Part shown: positions 60,690-64,000 of the stretch, in pieces | Numbering within the stretch: the stretch's first letter is position 1 | Layout of the letters: each line of letters opens with the position of its first letter | NCBI GenBank assembly: GCA_038087875.1 | Contig: CM076000.1 | Coordinates: 2,294,001-2,358,000 of the forward strand | Source: Malacoraja senta | Taxonomy: Eukaryota | Direction: 5' to 3' | Length of the DNA stretch: 64,000 nucleotides | Notes under the pieces: generated by a model | What the model was told of the DNA's origin: nothing | The model's input: only the letters and a program-made list of their open reading frames with translations | The model's database searches: none | Position numbers and translations under genes: made by a program

Positions 60690-63025
60690 TCCATTTCAAT
60701 ACATTTCAAGTCAAGTCAATCCATTTCAAGTCAAGTCGATCCATTTCAAGTCAAGTCAAGTCAATCCATTTCAAGTCAAGTCAATCCATTTCAAGTCAAG
60801 NNNNNNNNNNNNNNNNNNNNNNNNNNNNNNNNNNNNNNNNNNNNNNNNNNNNNNNNNNNNNNNNNNNNNNNNNNNNNNNNNNNNNNNNNNNNNNNNNNNN
60901 NNNNNNNNNNNNNNNNNNNNNNNNNNNNNNNNNNNNNNNNNNNNNNNNNNNNNNNNNNNNNNNNNNNNNNNNNNNNNNNNNNNNNNNNNNNNNNNNNNNN
61001 AACAATTGTTAATTAACTTTACAAATCCAATAATAACAAAAGTTATGTGTTACAGCATAATGTTAGTGCATAATACCATATACCACCTATCATACATCGT
61101 ACGTTAATAATACTATCAACATTATTACATAATATATTATTTCATGATATTGTGACATAATACAATATAAGACCTTGTTACACTATGCAATACAATAATA
61201 CATAAGTGTAATGGTTATGCATATGCAATAGTTATGCCAAATGATCACACTCAGAGCAAGCTAGATAAAGGAGCTCGAAGACTCTAATACTAGAAACAGG
61301 TACATGGTTTTATAAGGAAAGGTAAAAGTGTATTTTTAAATAGACGAAATGAGCTAATAGTTCTTATGGTACTAGGCAGAGTGTTCCAGTCAGAAGGAGC
61401 TTTGTATTTAAATGCACGTCTCCCAATTTCTTTGTTAGTTCTTGGAATGAAAAAGAAGGGTTGCTGAATATGTCTTAGTGAATATGAGGGTGTGTATGGT
61501 AATAGGTCTTGTTTTAAATAAGAAGGGTAATTGAGGTGGATGCATTTAAAGATGAACTGGAACCAGTGGTAGCATCTTCGAGTGTGGGGGATAACCAGTT
61601 TAAAGTTTCGTACATAGAACAGTGGTGAGTTATATATGGACACCTTAAAATAAATCTGCAAAGACTATTATAAACTACATTAAGGGGTTGAAGATGTATA
61701 TCAAATGTATTCTGATAGACAATATCAGCATAATCCAGTGTTGGTGGTAGTAGTTGAGAGACAATTATTTTTCTCATCTGAAGGGTGAAACAATTTATAT
61801 GGCGGTAAAGAATAGCTAGATTACAGCTAAATTTTAATAATCGTCTCACTATGCTGCGTAAATGAAAGCGTTGGGTCAAGCCAAACACCAAGATATTTGA
61901 AGTTCAATACTTGTTCTAATGGTGATCCTTCATTAAATGATATAGTCAGATCTACAGAATTACCAAGGCCTTGTCTGGTACCAAATAACATACTGCATGA
62001 TTTATTTTTATTTAAAATTAATTTGTTAAATAATAGCCATTTCTGAACAGAAATAAGATCTGATTGAAGGGTTCTTTCAATTTCAGACTTGTTAGTACTA
62101 GATGTATATAGCACCGCATCATCGGCATATAGTTGTATTTGACAGTCAGAACAGATATTAGGGAGGTCGTTTATGAAAATAGAGAAAAGGAGTGGTCCCA
62201 AGGACGAACCTTGCGGGACCCCCTTCTCAACAATTAAGGAATTGGATTGACTTCCATTAAAGGTGACACATTGGCGTCTGTTATGAAGGTATGAGTTAAA
62301 CCACAGTAGATTGTTTCGAGAAAGACCAATAAAGTAAAGTTTATCAAGCAGTAGGTAGTGGTCAACAACATCAAAGGCCTTGGTTAGATCAAGAAAGATG
62401 GCACCGGTGAGTTTACCATCCTCGGAAGCAGTGAACACATCGCTGGTAAGTTTTAACAGAGCTGTAGTTGTGGAGTGTTTAGGTCTGAACCCAGACTGGC
62501 ATGGAGATAGAATATTGAAAGTTGAGACATAATGTGATAGCTGGTTGAACACTAGTTTCTCGAGGATTTTAGCCACCGAGTTGATAATTGAGATGAGGCG
62601 GTAATTGTTAATATCTTGTGGGTCACCTCCCTTATGCAGTGGAGTAACATTGGCACACTTCCATGCGGAAGGGAGGGTACAAGTTGAGAAGGACAAATTA
62701 AACAGGTCACATAGTGGGTACATTAAAATATTAGCTCCTAACTTAATGAATTTAGTCTCAATACCAGCTGGTCCAGACCCACAATCATCCTTTAATTCAT
62801 TAATAACATGTTGAATGTCAACAGGTTTAATTTTTTGAAAAGAAAAAGAGCTTCTACTTGTAGAGGTAGCTGGAAAGTCACATATAATAGATGAATCAAA
62901 TACAATAGAGCTACATACAGTGGAGAAGTGCTGGTTGAAAGCATTGGATATAACAGCAGGGTCCTGAATGATGTCATTGTTGACCCGAATCTGAGTGCTG
63001 ATATTTTGATTTGATTAATGTACAA
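60690..63025 (-). mobile_element. 5'-truncated L2/Crack-like (CR1 group) LINE with RT, 3' UTR and probable (CTTGA/GGATTGA)-type microsatellite tail spanning the gap
   Basis: 298-aa open RT: WKCANVTPLHKGG...NNYRLISI...QSGFRPKHSTTTAL...FLDLTKAFDVVDH...GVPQGSSLGPLLFSIFINDL...YADDAVLY. Frameshifted C-terminus LDYADIVY...HHCSMY..LNW. That the tail belongs to this LINE is inferred across the gap. Confidence 0.88.
60801..61000. other. Assembly gap (200 N)
   Basis: Run of N adjacent to a tandem tcaag/tcaatccatttcaag repeat. Confidence 1.
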
Positions 63026-63349
63026 CAGTAAACTGTATATTTGTGTAGGAATGATTATAAGTCACTGTAGAACGTGATATAAATTTGACTTCGCAATTAA
63101 GGAGCAAGACTTCTGATGATGTGGGGGATTGTGGTTTCTTTTGTGTTGCTGAAAGTTCTTTTAAAACTAGGCAAAACTAACAACAGAATTTGAGCAAAAC
63201 ACAATATGCTGGAGCAACTCAGCAGGTCAGGCAGCATATGTGGTGATTGGGTCAGGACCCTTCTTCAGACTGAACAACTCAACGTCCCTTATTAAAGGCA
63301 ACCATTCGCAGTCTAGTACAACAATGCTCGAAGGTCACACTGTGTGGCA

Positions 63350-64000
63350 CTCATAAATTCATGTTCTAGGAACATAAATAGGCCATTTTAAATGATCAGC
63401 CATGATCATATTGAATGGCGGTGCTGGCTCGAAGGGCTGAATGGCCTACTCCTGCACCTATTTTTCTATGTTTCTAATTGGCCCATCAAGTCTACTCTGC
63501 CATTCAATCATGGCTGATTTATCTTTCCTTCTCAACCCCATTCTCCTGCCTTCGCCCTATAACCCCTGACATCCTTACTAATCAAGAATCTGTCAATCTC
63601 CGCCTTAAAATATCTATTGACTTGGCCTCCACAGCCATCTGTGGCAATGAATTCCACAGATTCACCACCCTCTGACTAATGAAATTCCTTCTCATCTCCT
63701 TTCTGAAGGCATGTCCTTTTATTCCACTATTGGTAACATCCTTTCCACATTCACTCTATCCAGGCATTTCACTATTTCGTAAGTTTCAATGAGGTGCCCC
63801 CTCATCCTTCTAAACTCCAGCGAGTACAAGCCCAGTGCCATCAAACGCTCATCATATCTTAACCCAATCATTCCTGGGATCATTCTCGTAAACCTCCTCT
63901 GGACCCTCTCCATTGCCAGCACATCCTTCCTCAGATACGGGGCCCTAAACTGCTCATAATACTCCATATGCAGTCTGACCAGTACCTTATAAAGCCTCAG
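63350..64000 (-). mobile_element. CR1 LINE 3' fragment running off the window (short plus-strand CR1 tail inserted at ~63390-63476)
   Basis: EY..QFRAPYLRKDVLAMERVQRRFTRMIPG...GLYSLEFRRMRGHLIETY. Confidence 0.88.

Noticed and set aside
60473..61107. ORFs spanning the N run
   Set aside because: Artefacts of translating the gap and the microsatellite.

Overview
Repeat-dense vertebrate genomic DNA, inferred from its SINE/LINE/Penelope repertoire to be a cartilaginous fish, probably a skate or ray. It looks intronic or intergenic, and I could not recognise any host protein-coding gene. The largest features are two near full-length DIRS1-type tyrosine-recombinase retrotransposons (25129-30873 on +, 46585-51415 on -), each with gag, RT/RNaseH/methyltransferase and YR regions plus intact ITR/ICR terminal architecture. 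The window also holds a Gypsy 5' fragment, a solo LTR, CR1, Rex1/Babar-like and L2/Crack-like LINE fragments, Penelope (GIY-YIG) remnants, a Tc1 fragment, about 20 HE1-like V-SINEs, one teleost-like CORE-SINE, minisatellites and a 200-N gap. Most notable: (i) a 136-bp TSD-flanked retroelement whose first base is G1 of a minimal 54-nt HDV-like ribozyme fold (37494-37547); (ii) a DIRS copy with perfectly matched termini and ICR but ruined ORFs, suggesting mobilisation in trans; (iii) many minimal hammerhead-like cores in the Penelope tails; (iv) a leader motif conserved between the two divergent DIRS families; (v) a candidate promoter with an RFX X-box, CRE and CCAAT near 22.4-22.7 kb. All family names come from motif recognition by eye, not from database searches, and boundaries are approximate unless a TSD or terminal repeat is cited.
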